NCBI GenBank assembly: GCA_965221695.1
Contig: OZ244905.1
Location: forward strand, 1,088,001-1,152,000
Length of the DNA stretch: 64,000 nucleotides
From: Gammaproteobacteria bacterium
GTDB lineage: Bacteria > Pseudomonadota > Gammaproteobacteria > Eutrophobiales > Eutrophobiaceae
Reading direction: 5' to 3'
A program made the translations under genes and the position numbers. The notes beneath the pieces were generated by a model. It saw nothing but the letters and a program-made list of their open reading frames with translations. It had not been told where the DNA came from and did no database searches. This document shows, piece by piece, positions 50,439 through 60,493 of the stretch. How positions within the stretch are numbered: the first letter of the stretch is position 1; every line of letters begins with the position of its first letter.

Positions 50439-51395
50439 ATGGCGCCGTTATTCAACAGAGTTTCATCCAGCGAAATTGTCACCGTTGTTGTCGTGTTATT
50501 TACATTGCTCGGCTCATGTTACGCTGCCGAAAAGAAGCGGGAAAATTTCAACCTGACCGAAATCAGTGATGGGGTTTATGTCCACCAAGGAAAACACGTA
50601 AACCTGGATCACCCGGACCACGATGATATCGCCAATATCGGCTTTATCATCGGCGACAACTGTATTGCCGTCATTGACACGGGCGGTTCCGTGGCTATCG
50701 GTCTTGCGCTGAAAAATGCCATCAAGAGCCAATCTTCCCTGCCGGTATGTTATGTGATCAATACCCATATTCACTTTGACCATGTGCTGGGTAATCTTGC
50801 GTTCAAAGAGTATGAGCCCAAGTTTGTCGGGCATGAGAACCTGCCCCCGGAGATTGAGCAGAACCGTTCCTTCTTCCTGTCTGAATTTGCCGGCAACCTG
50901 GGAGAAAACCCGTCGGAAGCCGCGATTATCGGCCCTGATATCACGGTTGCCGATGAGCTGGAGCTTGATCTTGGCAACCGGGTCATCACACTCAGCGCGC
51001 ATCCGCCGTCCCACACCTACACCGACCTCACAATTTATGATCACAAAACCGGGACACTCTGGCTGTCCGACCTGCTTTTTCTAGACAGGATACCGGTCTT
51101 CGACGCCAGTCTGAGGGGATGGTTGATGACCATGGAAACACTGAAAACGCGGCAGGCAAATTACGTTATACCCGGACATGGCACAATCACCATGTCCTGG
51201 CCGGATGCTGCGAACGCACAGGACAATTACCTTACTATGCTGTTAAACGAGACCAGGAAGGAAATCAGCAAGGGGACATTCATGGAGGAGGTAATTGAGA
51301 TCGTCGGTAAAACAGAGAAAACCGAATGGTTGCTGCACGAACAGAACCATGGGCGCAACGTCTCCCGGGCTTTTCTGGAACTGGAATGGGAGTAG
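50439..51395 (+). CDS. Periplasmic MBL-fold zinc metallohydrolase (SoxH-like, quinoprotein relay system type)
   Basis: Signal peptide, ANIGFIIG, VIDTGGS, THIHFDHVLGN, IPGHG, C-terminal ELEWE. Confidence 0.85.
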   Translation: MAPLFNRVSSSEIVTVVVVLFTLLGSCYAAEKKRENFNLTEISDGVYVHQGKHVNLDHPDHDDIANIGFIIGDNCIAVIDTGGSVAIGLALKNAIKSQSSLPVCYVINTHIHFDHVLGNLAFKEYEPKFVGHENLPPEIEQNRSFFLSEFAGNLGENPSEAAIIGPDITVADELELDLGNRVITLSAHPPSHTYTDLTIYDHKTGTLWLSDLLFLDRIPVFDASLRGWLMTMETLKTRQANYVIPGHGTITMSWPDAANAQDNYLTMLLNETRKEISKGTFMEEVIEIVGKTEKTEWLLHEQNHGRNVSRAFLELEWE

Positions 51396-51406
51396 AGGGT
51401 AGGCCT

Positions 51407-53068
51407 CTACATATTTGGATAATTCGGCCCGCCGCCGCCTTCCGGCGGCACCCAGACGATATTCCCGGTGGGGTCCTTGATATCACAGGTTTTACAATGT
51501 ACGCAGTTCTGGGCGTTGATCTGCAGTCTCGACTGGTCATTTTCAGTGACTATCTCGTATACGCCAGCAGGACAATAGCGTTGTTCCGGCGCCGCATACA
51601 GGGTTAAATTCGTATCAATCGGCACGGACTCGTCTTTCAGGGTCAGGTGGCAAGGCTGGTCTTCTTCGTGGTTGGTGTTGGAGATGAATACCGAAGAAAG
51701 TTTGTCAAAACTTAAGCTGCCGTCCGGTTTCGGGTAGTGAATTTCGCTGCACTCAGCAGCCGGCTTGAGGCATTCGTTATCCGCCAGCCTGTCATGCAGG
51801 GTAAGCGGCAGTCTTCCGGAAAAAACGGATTGATCGACAAGATTGAATGCAGCGCCCAGGTACATACCGAACTTGTGCAGGGCTGCGCCGAAGTTCCGGG
51901 AACGATACAGATCGTTGCAGGCCCAGGACGCGCGAAAGTTCTCAGCGTATGCAAGCAGGTCCTCTCCTGCCCCGGCGCCTGTTTCCAATGCCTGCAGCAG
52001 GGTTTCCGCAGCGACCATGCCGGATTTCATCGCGGTGTGCGTCCCCTTTATCTTTGCAAAATTCAACGTGCCTGCATCACACCCGACCAGCAGCGCGCCG
52101 GGCATGGACATTTTCGGCAGTGAATTCAATCCGCCTTTGGTGATGGAACGGGCGCCATAGGCCAGGCGGCGTCCTCCGGAAAGCGTGCCGGCGATTACCG
52201 GATGGTGCTTGAACCGCTGAAATTCATCGAACGGACTGATGTAGGGATTGGTATAATTCAGGTCGATGATCAGTCCCACCACTACCTGGTTCTGATCCAG
52301 GTGATACAGGAAAAAACCGCCGGACGCTTCTTTGCTCAATGGCCAGCCTGAGCCATGCACGACCAGGCCGGACTGGAAATTTCCCGGTTCCACTTCCCAC
52401 AACTCCTTTATACCCAGACCGTAATGCTGCGGATCACATCCCTCGTCGAGTTTATACTTTTCAATAAGTTGCCGCCCCAGGTGTCCCCGACTGCCCTCGG
52501 CAAACACCGTGTAACGCGCATGCAGTTCCATGCCGGGTTCATAGGTATCCTTGCGCTCGCCGGCTGAGGATATGCCCATGTCACCCGTCGCCACACCCGT
52601 GATGCGCCCTTCCGCATCGTACAGGACTTCGGTCGCGGCAAAACCGGGATATATCTCTACCCCCAGGGCCTCCGCCTGTTCAGCCAGCCAGCGGCATACA
52701 TTCCCGAGACTGACAATGTAGTTGCCGCGGTTGTGCATACTGGCGGGCACAAACGCATTGGGAACCCTGAGCGCTGACTTGGCGCCCATAAGAAAGTACA
52801 TGCGATCCTTATTAACCGGTGTGGTCAGCGGCGCGCCCCGTTGCTTCCAGTCGGGGATCAGTTCATCCAGGGCGCGCGTTTCAAGTACGGCGCCGGAAAG
52901 AATATGCGCGCCTGTTTCCGATCCTTTTTCCAGCACACACACGCTGACTTCCCTATCCGACTGCTGCGACAGTGTTTTGAGATGAATGGCTGTTGCGAGT
53001 CCCGCCGGGCCTGCGCCGACGATAACTACATCATACTCCATGCACTCGCGGGAAACGGTATCAGACAT
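51407..53068 (-). CDS. Electron transfer flavoprotein-ubiquinone oxidoreductase
   Basis: YDVVIVGAGPAGL, EKGSETGAHILSGA, CPAGVYE, CVHCKTCDIKDP. Confidence 0.97.
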   Translation of the reverse strand: MSDTVSRECMEYDVVIVGAGPAGLATAIHLKTLSQQSDREVSVCVLEKGSETGAHILSGAVLETRALDELIPDWKQRGAPLTTPVNKDRMYFLMGAKSALRVPNAFVPASMHNRGNYIVSLGNVCRWLAEQAEALGVEIYPGFAATEVLYDAEGRITGVATGDMGISSAGERKDTYEPGMELHARYTVFAEGSRGHLGRQLIEKYKLDEGCDPQHYGLGIKELWEVEPGNFQSGLVVHGSGWPLSKEASGGFFLYHLDQNQVVVGLIIDLNYTNPYISPFDEFQRFKHHPVIAGTLSGGRRLAYGARSITKGGLNSLPKMSMPGALLVGCDAGTLNFAKIKGTHTAMKSGMVAAETLLQALETGAGAGEDLLAYAENFRASWACNDLYRSRNFGAALHKFGMYLGAAFNLVDQSVFSGRLPLTLHDRLADNECLKPAAECSEIHYPKPDGSLSFDKLSSVFISNTNHEEDQPCHLTLKDESVPIDTNLTLYAAPEQRYCPAGVYEIVTENDQSRLQINAQNCVHCKTCDIKDPTGNIVWVPPEGGGGPNYPNM

Positions 53069-53112
53069 TGATTGTTTGCTGTGTAAATTGTACTAACTGA
53101 CTTGCGGCGGCT

Positions 53113-53204
53113 TCCATGCCCGCGTAAACGGGAAGCCAATGAGACAAAGAGTCGCCGTGCGGGCGACGCTGTAATTGACTGGACTCCCGCTTCCGCAGGA
53201 GTGG
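53113..53204 (+). repeat. Family B REPIN-like element
   Basis: CCATGCCCGCGTAAACGGGAAGCCAATG..GTCGCCGTGCGGGCGAC..ACTGGACTCCCGCTTCCGCAGGAGTGG. Confidence 0.8.
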
Positions 53205-53239
53205 TTCGGAGCAGCGCCCTTTGTGACTTAGATAGATAA

Positions 53240-54586
53240 TCAACTGCGGCGTTGTTTGAGGCTCTCTTCCAGTTGCCGCTTTCTCAGTTTCTCGCTATTG
53301 ACGTAACCCAGCCAGGTCTCGGCAGCTTTGCGGCTGCGCTTGTCCTTGCTGGCTGCGGTGAAAGCCTTGATGGATGCGTCAAATTTTTGCGCTTCGAACA
53401 AAGCAAGACCCAACATGATATTGGCCTGGTCAGCGCGTTTCAGGCCGCCTTTCTTGAAGGCCGTCTGCAACGCTTTCACGGCATCGTCATACCTGTAAAG
53501 GTTGATATAGGCCTGGGCGATGCGCATGTCCAGTTCGCCATCCTTGGACAACCGGGCTGCCTGGATCAGGGGCGGAAGTGATTTTTCGCTCTCCTGGGAC
53601 TGCAACCAGGCCTGAGACAACAGTCTCAGGTTGCGGATATTCTGCTCAATCTTCCCCTCTTCCATACCTTTCTCCAGCAATACCGCCGCCTTGTAGGGCG
53701 CCTCATGCAGCATGTACAGGTTGGCCAGGTTCAGTTGCTGGTTGCCCCGTTGCAGCAGGCCCGCTTCATACAGCATCTCCAGGATGGCCATCTGCTTGTC
53801 CAGCCGTTTCAGTTCCGAATAGGTGCCGGCCATCGTCAGCCAGTACTCCGGCTTGGGATAATGCACGACCAGTTCCTTCAGCATTTGGAGCATGTTCTCG
53901 TAATCGCCCAGGTTGAAATAGTCTACCCGCAACAGCAGCAACAGGTTTTCTTTCGGGATGTCGCCGCGGCTCTTCACCATCGCGTAAGCCTGCTTCAACG
54001 GCACCAGCGATTCCTTGTACTGCTCCAGTTGATAATAAGCCTGCCCCAACAGCATGTAGGCATTCTCAGTGGGGTTCAGCGTCAGGGTAAACCACCTGTT
54101 GATTACATCGATCGCCTTTCTGTAATTCTCGATAATGAAATAAAGCTGAGCGAGGGTATACAAGGAATTGGTCTCAAGCGCCTCGGGCAGGTCAGGCTGT
54201 GAGAGCACAATTTCATACGAGTAAATGGCGTCCTCATAGCGTTCCAGGGTGAAATAAGTATAGGCAAAATAATTGTACAATTGCGCTTTTTCGTAATCCG
54301 ACAGCTTGGGTTCCTGCGCCAGATCGTTCAGGGCTGCCAGGCCCGCATCATAATTCTTTGCCTCAATGAGTTCCTGCGCTTCCGTCAATTTCTTGTAGAC
54401 CTTCTCACTCATTGAGGGAGTCTTCCGGGTCTTGCGCTTCTCGCCCGAATCCGATGATTCTTGTGCTGCAACATTCGGCGCCGTACAGGCAATGAACAGC
54501 GGGACAACCACCAACGCGCAGCCAAGCAACACGGCGCGCGCAAGCAGTGAGTTAAACGCGGTATAACGAATACTCATAAGCACCAA
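53240..54586 (-). CDS. Periplasmic TPR protein of the TonB operon (TtpD-like)
   Basis: Signal peptide, helical TPR repeats, PYKAAVLLEKGM; last gene of the operon. Confidence 0.85.
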   Translation of the reverse strand: MVLMSIRYTAFNSLLARAVLLGCALVVVPLFIACTAPNVAAQESSDSGEKRKTRKTPSMSEKVYKKLTEAQELIEAKNYDAGLAALNDLAQEPKLSDYEKAQLYNYFAYTYFTLERYEDAIYSYEIVLSQPDLPEALETNSLYTLAQLYFIIENYRKAIDVINRWFTLTLNPTENAYMLLGQAYYQLEQYKESLVPLKQAYAMVKSRGDIPKENLLLLLRVDYFNLGDYENMLQMLKELVVHYPKPEYWLTMAGTYSELKRLDKQMAILEMLYEAGLLQRGNQQLNLANLYMLHEAPYKAAVLLEKGMEEGKIEQNIRNLRLLSQAWLQSQESEKSLPPLIQAARLSKDGELDMRIAQAYINLYRYDDAVKALQTAFKKGGLKRADQANIMLGLALFEAQKFDASIKAFTAASKDKRSRKAAETWLGYVNSEKLRKRQLEESLKQRRS

Positions 54587-54595
54587 TCTCCAACG

Positions 54596-55231
54596 CTAAT
54601 CCTCAAGCTCAAATGTGATCTTGTTCTGTACACCCGGCACTTCGATAGGCTGGCCGTCAACGACCCTGGGCTTGTATTTGAACTTGGCCGCCGCGGCCAG
54701 CGAGGCCTTGTCAAAAATACCGGGGGGCACCGCCTCGACGACACGAATATCCTTGGTTGTGCCTGACTTGGTGACGGTAAATTCGACGATGACGTACCCT
54801 TCTATACCGCGGGACTGCGCCCTTCTCGGATAAATGGGTTGCACCTTGACGATGGGCAAGTACTCGCCGTCACTGGGCGCCAGGCCGAAACCGCTTGCAT
54901 CCAGGTTGATGTTCGTATTTACCGGCGCGGCCGACACCTGCACGGATTGCGCTTCCGGCGTAATGTTATCCATCGCCGGCGGTGGCGGTTCGGGGGGCGG
55001 CTGGTCCGGGGGTGGTGGTTTTTTCGGCGGGGGTTTGCGGCGGTTGACTACTTCTTCGGGGTCGATGCGCACAAATTCAAGCATTCTGCCGGCATCATCT
55101 TCGTCCAGTTTCCGGTCGGCGATATTGATTAGGAACTGCATCAGGTAGAACAGGCCGAACACGACAACAAGGGCAGAAACCCCGGCAATCAGGTAGCGGC
55201 CAACAAGTAAGCTTGATGCCTGCATTTGCAT
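54596..55231 (-). CDS. tonB: Energy transducer TonB
   Basis: N-terminal TM, Pro-rich linker, YPRRAQSRGIEGYVIVEFTV. Confidence 0.95.
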   Translation of the reverse strand: MQMQASSLLVGRYLIAGVSALVVVFGLFYLMQFLINIADRKLDEDDAGRMLEFVRIDPEEVVNRRKPPPKKPPPPDQPPPEPPPPAMDNITPEAQSVQVSAAPVNTNINLDASGFGLAPSDGEYLPIVKVQPIYPRRAQSRGIEGYVIVEFTVTKSGTTKDIRVVEAVPPGIFDKASLAAAAKFKYKPRVVDGQPIEVPGVQNKITFELED

Positions 55232-55241
55232 AACCCCAGGA

Positions 55242-55643
55242 TTATTTATCGGCTGCCAACGCGATATTCACAACGCCGGCCTGGCGCGCCGCATCCATGA
55301 CTTCTACCAGCATTTTATTCTTGGATTCTTCATCTGCCTGGATCACCACCGAGCCTTGGGGGTTCTCGGCGCGCAGGCGTTTGATATTCGGAATCACGGA
55401 GCGGATATCGATTTTCCTGCGATCCAGCCAGATGTTGTTGTTGGCATCGATTGCGATCAAGATGTTCGCTTTTTTCTTCACCTCGGCGGTCGGCGCGTCA
55501 GGTTTGTTGACATCGATACCGGTCTCCTTGACAAAGGTTGCCGTGACGATGAAGAAAATCAGCATGATGAATACAATATCGATCAAAGGCGTGATGTTGA
55601 CTTCTGACTCATCGTCAGCAGATACACTGGTAATTCTACGCAT
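55242..55643 (-). CDS. exbD: ExbD/TolR
   Basis: VNITPLIDIVFIMLIFFIVTATF, VVIQAD. Confidence 0.95.
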   Translation of the reverse strand: MRRITSVSADDESEVNITPLIDIVFIMLIFFIVTATFVKETGIDVNKPDAPTAEVKKKANILIAIDANNNIWLDRRKIDIRSVIPNIKRLRAENPQGSVVIQADEESKNKMLVEVMDAARQAGVVNIALAADK

Positions 55644-55671
55644 GTTTTATCTTCCTCAGACCAAGTTGTGA

Positions 55672-56250
55672 TTAATGATCCATAGTCAAGTGCTCACCCA
55701 GTTTCTCAACTTCCGAGTCAGCCTTGCTCTGTAACCAGACACTGATAAAATAGCCGGACAGCGCCGCGACCATGCCGGACATGGTGGGCACCGTCGCCTG
55801 TGACACCCCGGCGGCCATGGCCCTGGCGTTGCCGGTACCAAGAAACGCCATCACTTCAAACACCGTTACCATGCCCGTCACCGTTCCCAGCAAGCCCACC
55901 AGCGGACACAGGGCAACGCAGACCTTGATGGTTCCCAGGAATTGATTCGCCTGGATCCTGATATCCGAGATCATGGCTTCACGCACCCTGTGCGCATTCC
56001 AGGATATCCTTTCAGGCCGTGCATCCCAGCGCTTGACGGCATCCTCGGACAGGCGCGGTTGTTGAATGGAAAAGTAAATCAACCTTTCCACGATACACAC
56101 CCACATGATGGCCAGCACTACGGCAACCAGGTAAAGTACCGGCCCTCCCAGTTCCATGAAGTCCCGTATGGCCTCCCACATGTTGATGAAGACATGTTCG
56201 AGCCCGATAATGGACGTGATGCCGAGCAGTATAGAATAAATAATATCCAT
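55672..56250 (-). CDS. exbB: ExbB (MotA/TolQ/ExbB family)
   Basis: PLVGLLGTVTGM, MAAGVSQATVPT. Confidence 0.92.
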   Translation of the reverse strand: MDIIYSILLGITSIIGLEHVFINMWEAIRDFMELGGPVLYLVAVVLAIMWVCIVERLIYFSIQQPRLSEDAVKRWDARPERISWNAHRVREAMISDIRIQANQFLGTIKVCVALCPLVGLLGTVTGMVTVFEVMAFLGTGNARAMAAGVSQATVPTMSGMVAALSGYFISVWLQSKADSEVEKLGEHLTMDH

Positions 56251-56272
56251 TATGTGCTGCCAGTTACGGTCT

Positions 56273-57658
56273 TTATGCTGTCTTGTTCGTCTTGTGCTGT
56301 TGCTCTGAAGCCTCTGCGACAAAACCGGTTGCCTGGCCTTCCAGAACCTCGATGATCCGCCTGCTCTGCCCGGCCATCATACTGTGCAGGAACACTGTCG
56401 GTATCGCAACACACAGCCCGAGCATCGTGGTAATCAGCGCCTGGGAAATGCCGCCGGCCATGAGTTTTGGATCGCCGGTGCCGAACAAGGTGATCGACTG
56501 GAACGTGACGATCATGCCGATTACCGTTCCCAGCAGGCCTAGCAACGGCGCAACGACCGAGATCACCTTCACCAGCGTATTGAGCCTGCTCAGTTTGGGG
56601 ACCTCGCGCAGTACCGCTTCGCCCATCTTCAACTCCAGCGATTCCACATCGATATTCCTGTTCTGATGGTATGCGAGCAATACCCGACCCAGAGGATTTT
56701 CATCGGAAGGATTGTCCAGGTCACGCACCTGCTTGTCCACCGCCATGCCAACATACATCATATAAAGAATCCTGAGCAGGGCAACGGCAATACCGAAGAT
56801 GCCCAGGCCGATGATAATCCAGCCTACGGTACCGCCTTGCGTGGTAGACCGTTCATACCAACTCGGCACATCAACCAGTTGACCCAGCAACTGGCCCTTG
56901 GTCGGATCCAGACCAAGCGGGACGAAACCTTCCTCAGCTTCGGTCAATTCCTCGGCTCCGCTGACAAAACGGTCTTCCGGCTGGCGCAGCAGTTCAGAAA
57001 TGGTCTGTGTTTCCGGATCGTATTTCAGGTATTTACCGTCGGCGACCAGGTTGAACACGCCTATCCTGATGACGTCTTTTTCCACCTCAGCGCCATCAGG
57101 AAGAACGACATCAGCCTTGAAGCGCTTGACCTTTCCGGTCTCGGTCATTTCCCGTTGGATTTCGAACCAGAGTTCTTCAATTTCCTCCAGGGACGCCAGT
57201 TCGCTCCCCGAACCCATTTTCTCCGCGAGCTCGGTCATGAAATCACCGCGCTGGGGATATTCGATATTCGTCAACGACGCATCAAACGTAGCCCGGGAAT
57301 CGCCGGCTGCCGTCTGCAGCACGCCAAACAATTCCTTTAACGAACCCAGAGCCTGCTGCAGGTCCTGCTTCAATATGTCAATATCGTCCTGGTTGCTTTC
57401 AAACTCCTTCTCGAGGCGCTCACTGATCGCTTCCAGCGCGGCCCTGTCGTTATTGGCTTTCTGCAACATTGCAGCCTGGTTTGCCTTGTTGTTCCTGAAT
57501 TCCTCCTCCCTGGCCTGGTTTTCCTTTGATTCATCGATCCTACCCTGCTGCACCTGTTGCAGCAGCGCATCAAGGGACACAGCCTCGTCAGCAACAGCGG
57601 ACGGAGACAGCAAGGTCGCACACAGGGTTATCGCGGTTAAGTATTGGTAAAGTTTCAT
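56273..57658 (-). CDS. TtpC-like long MotA/TolQ/ExbB protein
   Basis: Signal peptide, coiled coil, RIGVFNL, APLLGLLGTVIGMI, MAGGISQALITT. Confidence 0.9.
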   Translation of the reverse strand: MKLYQYLTAITLCATLLSPSAVADEAVSLDALLQQVQQGRIDESKENQAREEEFRNNKANQAAMLQKANNDRAALEAISERLEKEFESNQDDIDILKQDLQQALGSLKELFGVLQTAAGDSRATFDASLTNIEYPQRGDFMTELAEKMGSGSELASLEEIEELWFEIQREMTETGKVKRFKADVVLPDGAEVEKDVIRIGVFNLVADGKYLKYDPETQTISELLRQPEDRFVSGAEELTEAEEGFVPLGLDPTKGQLLGQLVDVPSWYERSTTQGGTVGWIIIGLGIFGIAVALLRILYMMYVGMAVDKQVRDLDNPSDENPLGRVLLAYHQNRNIDVESLELKMGEAVLREVPKLSRLNTLVKVISVVAPLLGLLGTVIGMIVTFQSITLFGTGDPKLMAGGISQALITTMLGLCVAIPTVFLHSMMAGQSRRIIEVLEGQATGFVAEASEQQHKTNKTA

Positions 57659-57674
57659 TTCCGTGTCTCCTCCT

Positions 57675-58454
57675 TTATTGGGCCGCGCTGACGGGCAGTA
57701 TGAATATGTCGGGTGGAAGCTGCTTCCTGGCAATCTTCAAGCCCTGGCGGATATAGTTACGGTACTCGGCAGACTCCAGGGGTACCCATTGGCGGGCATC
57801 CTGGTCCCAGACACCGTTTTCCTTGCCGTCGTCGGTCTGGTACACCAGCACCAGGCGGCCGAAACGCAGGACATTCACCGGCCGTTCCTGGCCGTTGATT
57901 TCCAGCACTTCACTATACTCATCCAGGTCGCCGCCGTAACTGGTTTCAATGCGATAGGCTTCCAGCACCAGACGCAGTTTTTCCGCCGCGCTGATACCGG
58001 CATCACCGATGTATTGCTTCAGGTCCGCCACCCGTTTACGGCGTTCTTCCATGTGAAACGGGCGATCCAGTTCCACGAACTGTTCCAGGGTATTCGCCAT
58101 CCTGAGCATCAGCGGCAAGATCTGGCGTTCCACTACCGCTATTTCGTCAATCGATTCGGCAATAGTGCGTTTTTCCCGGTTCTGGTCATCAACCTGTTTC
58201 TGCAGCAGCGCGTTATAGACCTTGAGGCCGTCGATGACTTTCAGTTCGCGCCGGTACCTGGAGGCCAGTTTCTCCGTCTCGCTCGCGGTTTCATCGATCC
58301 GCTTTTGTGATTCCGCAGCCTCCTGGTTACGGGCAACCCCCTCTTCGACAACCTCTTCAATACGGTCCTGGCCGAATGCAGCCGAACCGAATACGAAAAT
58401 CAGACTTAACATTAATAACTTAGCTGGAGTTATTAATATTTTTATAGTATCCAT
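57675..58454 (-). CDS. DUF3450 (TtpB-like) protein
   Basis: PLMLRMANTLEQFVELDRPF..EKLRLVLEAYRIE..LRFGRLVLVY; first gene of the TonB operon. Confidence 0.88.
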   Translation of the reverse strand: MDTIKILITPAKLLMLSLIFVFGSAAFGQDRIEEVVEEGVARNQEAAESQKRIDETASETEKLASRYRRELKVIDGLKVYNALLQKQVDDQNREKRTIAESIDEIAVVERQILPLMLRMANTLEQFVELDRPFHMEERRKRVADLKQYIGDAGISAAEKLRLVLEAYRIETSYGGDLDEYSEVLEINGQERPVNVLRFGRLVLVYQTDDGKENGVWDQDARQWVPLESAEYRNYIRQGLKIARKQLPPDIFILPVSAAQ

Positions 58455-58764
58455 AAGGAAATAACCTCCCCGCGGTAATGGTCTAGGGCAATTCATAACG
58501 TCCTCGCATCAATTTACTGCTTGATCCACTTCTCAACGTGACTGGCTGTTGATTTATCCAACAGATATTATTTTGTTTTTGTTGCTCTGAGCAGTATTTG
58601 TTGCTCTGAGCATGCCCGCGCAGAACCCGCCAGTACGCGGAACCTTTAGCTGTAACCAGAAGCTCTGTTATTATTCTGTCCCTTCCAACCTGTGTCAAGC
58701 AGACTAAAGATCATTATACAACAGCATATACTAGAATATTGTTAATATTGTGATACAACCGAAG

Positions 58765-58782
58765 TATCATGTTATAACATGA
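58765..58782. promoter_or_regulatory. Palindromic operator, Zur-box-like
   Basis: Perfect 16-bp palindrome TCATGTTATAACATGA (58767-58782) in the AT-rich divergent promoter region. Confidence 0.4.
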
Positions 58783-58852
58783 ATCCAATATACGCAATAT
58801 TCTCTCACCTGCCTGTCTCCCCACCATAGCGACAAAGACCGGAGCAACCATT

Positions 58853-59488
58853 ATGAGGCATATCATTTCATTCATCAACTGCGCCCAAGCAACGCTTGAT
58901 GCCATCAGAAATCGTCTCGATCTTATCGGCCCGCTACTGCTCAGGTTGTACCTGGTTCCTGTTTTCTGGGTTGCCGGCAATAACAAGTGGAACCCGCTGG
59001 ACGACGACAGCTCCCTGGATTCTGTCATCGAATGGTTCGGCAATCCTGATTGGGGCCTGGGACTGCCGTTCCCGGCGCTGAACGCGTACCTGGCCTGGGG
59101 CGCGGAATATATCGGCGCCATCCTGCTGGCCCTGGGCCTGGCGACCCGCTGGGTCTGCATTCCGCTGATGGTGACCATGGTCGTCGCGATGACGACGGTG
59201 CATATCAGCCACGGCTGGCAGGCCATACACGACCTGAACAGCCCATTTCCGGCGGCCGAGGCAGGCGAAGCCATCGAACGCCTTGACCGGGCAAAAAGTA
59301 TTTTGCGTGAGCACGGCAACTACAACTGGCTGACGGAACACGGCAACTTTGTCGTCTCCAACAATGGTATCGAATGGGCCGCCACCTACCTGGTCATGTT
59401 ATGCGCGCTGTTCTTCCTGGGTGGCGGCAGGTATATCAGCCTGGATTACTGGCTCAAGCGTCGCTACAACCCCGGCATACCGCGGTAA
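58853..59488 (+). CDS. DoxX family membrane protein (HvfX-like)
   Basis: LRLYLVPVFWVAG, WFGNPDWGLGLPFP, GLATRW, ILREHGNYNWLTEHGNFVVSNNGIE. Confidence 0.85.
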   Translation: MRHIISFINCAQATLDAIRNRLDLIGPLLLRLYLVPVFWVAGNNKWNPLDDDSSLDSVIEWFGNPDWGLGLPFPALNAYLAWGAEYIGAILLALGLATRWVCIPLMVTMVVAMTTVHISHGWQAIHDLNSPFPAAEAGEAIERLDRAKSILREHGNYNWLTEHGNFVVSNNGIEWAATYLVMLCALFFLGGGRYISLDYWLKRRYNPGIPR

Positions 59489-59757
59489 GGTATCCAAATA
59501 CGGTGAACAGTCGCCCTTTTTACCCTATTGGTAACGTGGGTAGAGAAGTATTATTTTGAGTAATTTAAAGTGTCACTTTAGAATACTCAAATGTTATACA
59601 TGCCGAAAGCGGTAACGTAGCAGCTATGGAAAGCGACCCGCCATGTACATGGTGGTTCATCAAAGACAAGCGCAGGAAGCGCAATAAACCCTGAGGTCTC
59701 AGCCGTCAGCTTGACTTCTTTTCTGAGAGAGTTAACAGCATAGCGCTGGTCGCAAAT

Positions 59758-59904
59758 ATGAGTATCACAAGTATCCGGATTAACCAGGCAGTAAAAGAGT
59801 ATCTGGAACGTCAGGTCATGGAGGATTTGCGCTGGGCAGATACGCTGCCAGCCCAGAAGTCTGTACAGACAGGTAAAACTATACCGGGCGACCACATTGT
59901 ATAA
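59758..59904 (+). pseudogene. Decayed CopG/RHH antitoxin
   Basis: MSITSIR-INQAVKEYLERQVMEDLRWADTL..GKTIPGDHIV*: the RHH beta-strand is joined directly to helix 2 (helix 1 missing) and the C-terminus is truncated. Confidence 0.55.
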
Positions 59905-59911
59905 ACGGAGG

Positions 59912-60493
59912 TTATCCGCCCAGCGCCTTTATTTCTCCGTGGCGGAAGCAATCCACGGTATGGTCGTTGACCATGCCGGTGGCTTGCATGTGCGCATAGA
60001 CAATAGTGGGGCCGACGAAGTTGAAGCCCCGGCGTTTGAGATCCTTGGAGATTTTGATTGACAGCGGGGTCTGTGCCGGTACCTGCGATAAGTCCTGCCA
60101 GGCGTTCTGTATCGGGCTGCCACCGACGAAGTCCCAGATATAGTTGTCGAAGCTGCCGTATTCCTCACGCACGCGCAGGAAGGCGCGGGCATTGCGGATT
60201 GCCGAGCGGATCTTGAGTTCATTCCTGATAATGCCGGGGTTCGCCAGCAGGCTGCTTACCTTGTCCTCGCCGTATTGCGCAACCCGGGTGAAGTCAAAAC
60301 CGTCGAACGCCTGGCGGTAGGCCGGGCGTTTTTTCAACACCGTGATCCAGCTCAGGCCGGCCTGGGCGCCTTCGAGCGCCAGGAATTCGAACAGTTTGCC
60401 GTCATCGTGCAGCGGCGCGCCCCATTCGTTATCATGATAATCCAGGTACAGGTCATCTCCGAGGCACCAGGCGCAACGCACCGGCGCAGACAT
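59912..60493 (-). CDS. tag: DNA-3-methyladenine glycosylase I
   Basis: RCAWC, YHDNEWG, LEGAQAGLSW, IIRNELKI, MQATGMVNDH. Confidence 0.96.
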   Translation of the reverse strand: MSAPVRCAWCLGDDLYLDYHDNEWGAPLHDDGKLFEFLALEGAQAGLSWITVLKKRPAYRQAFDGFDFTRVAQYGEDKVSSLLANPGIIRNELKIRSAIRNARAFLRVREEYGSFDNYIWDFVGGSPIQNAWQDLSQVPAQTPLSIKISKDLKRRGFNFVGPTIVYAHMQATGMVNDHTVDCFRHGEIKALGG

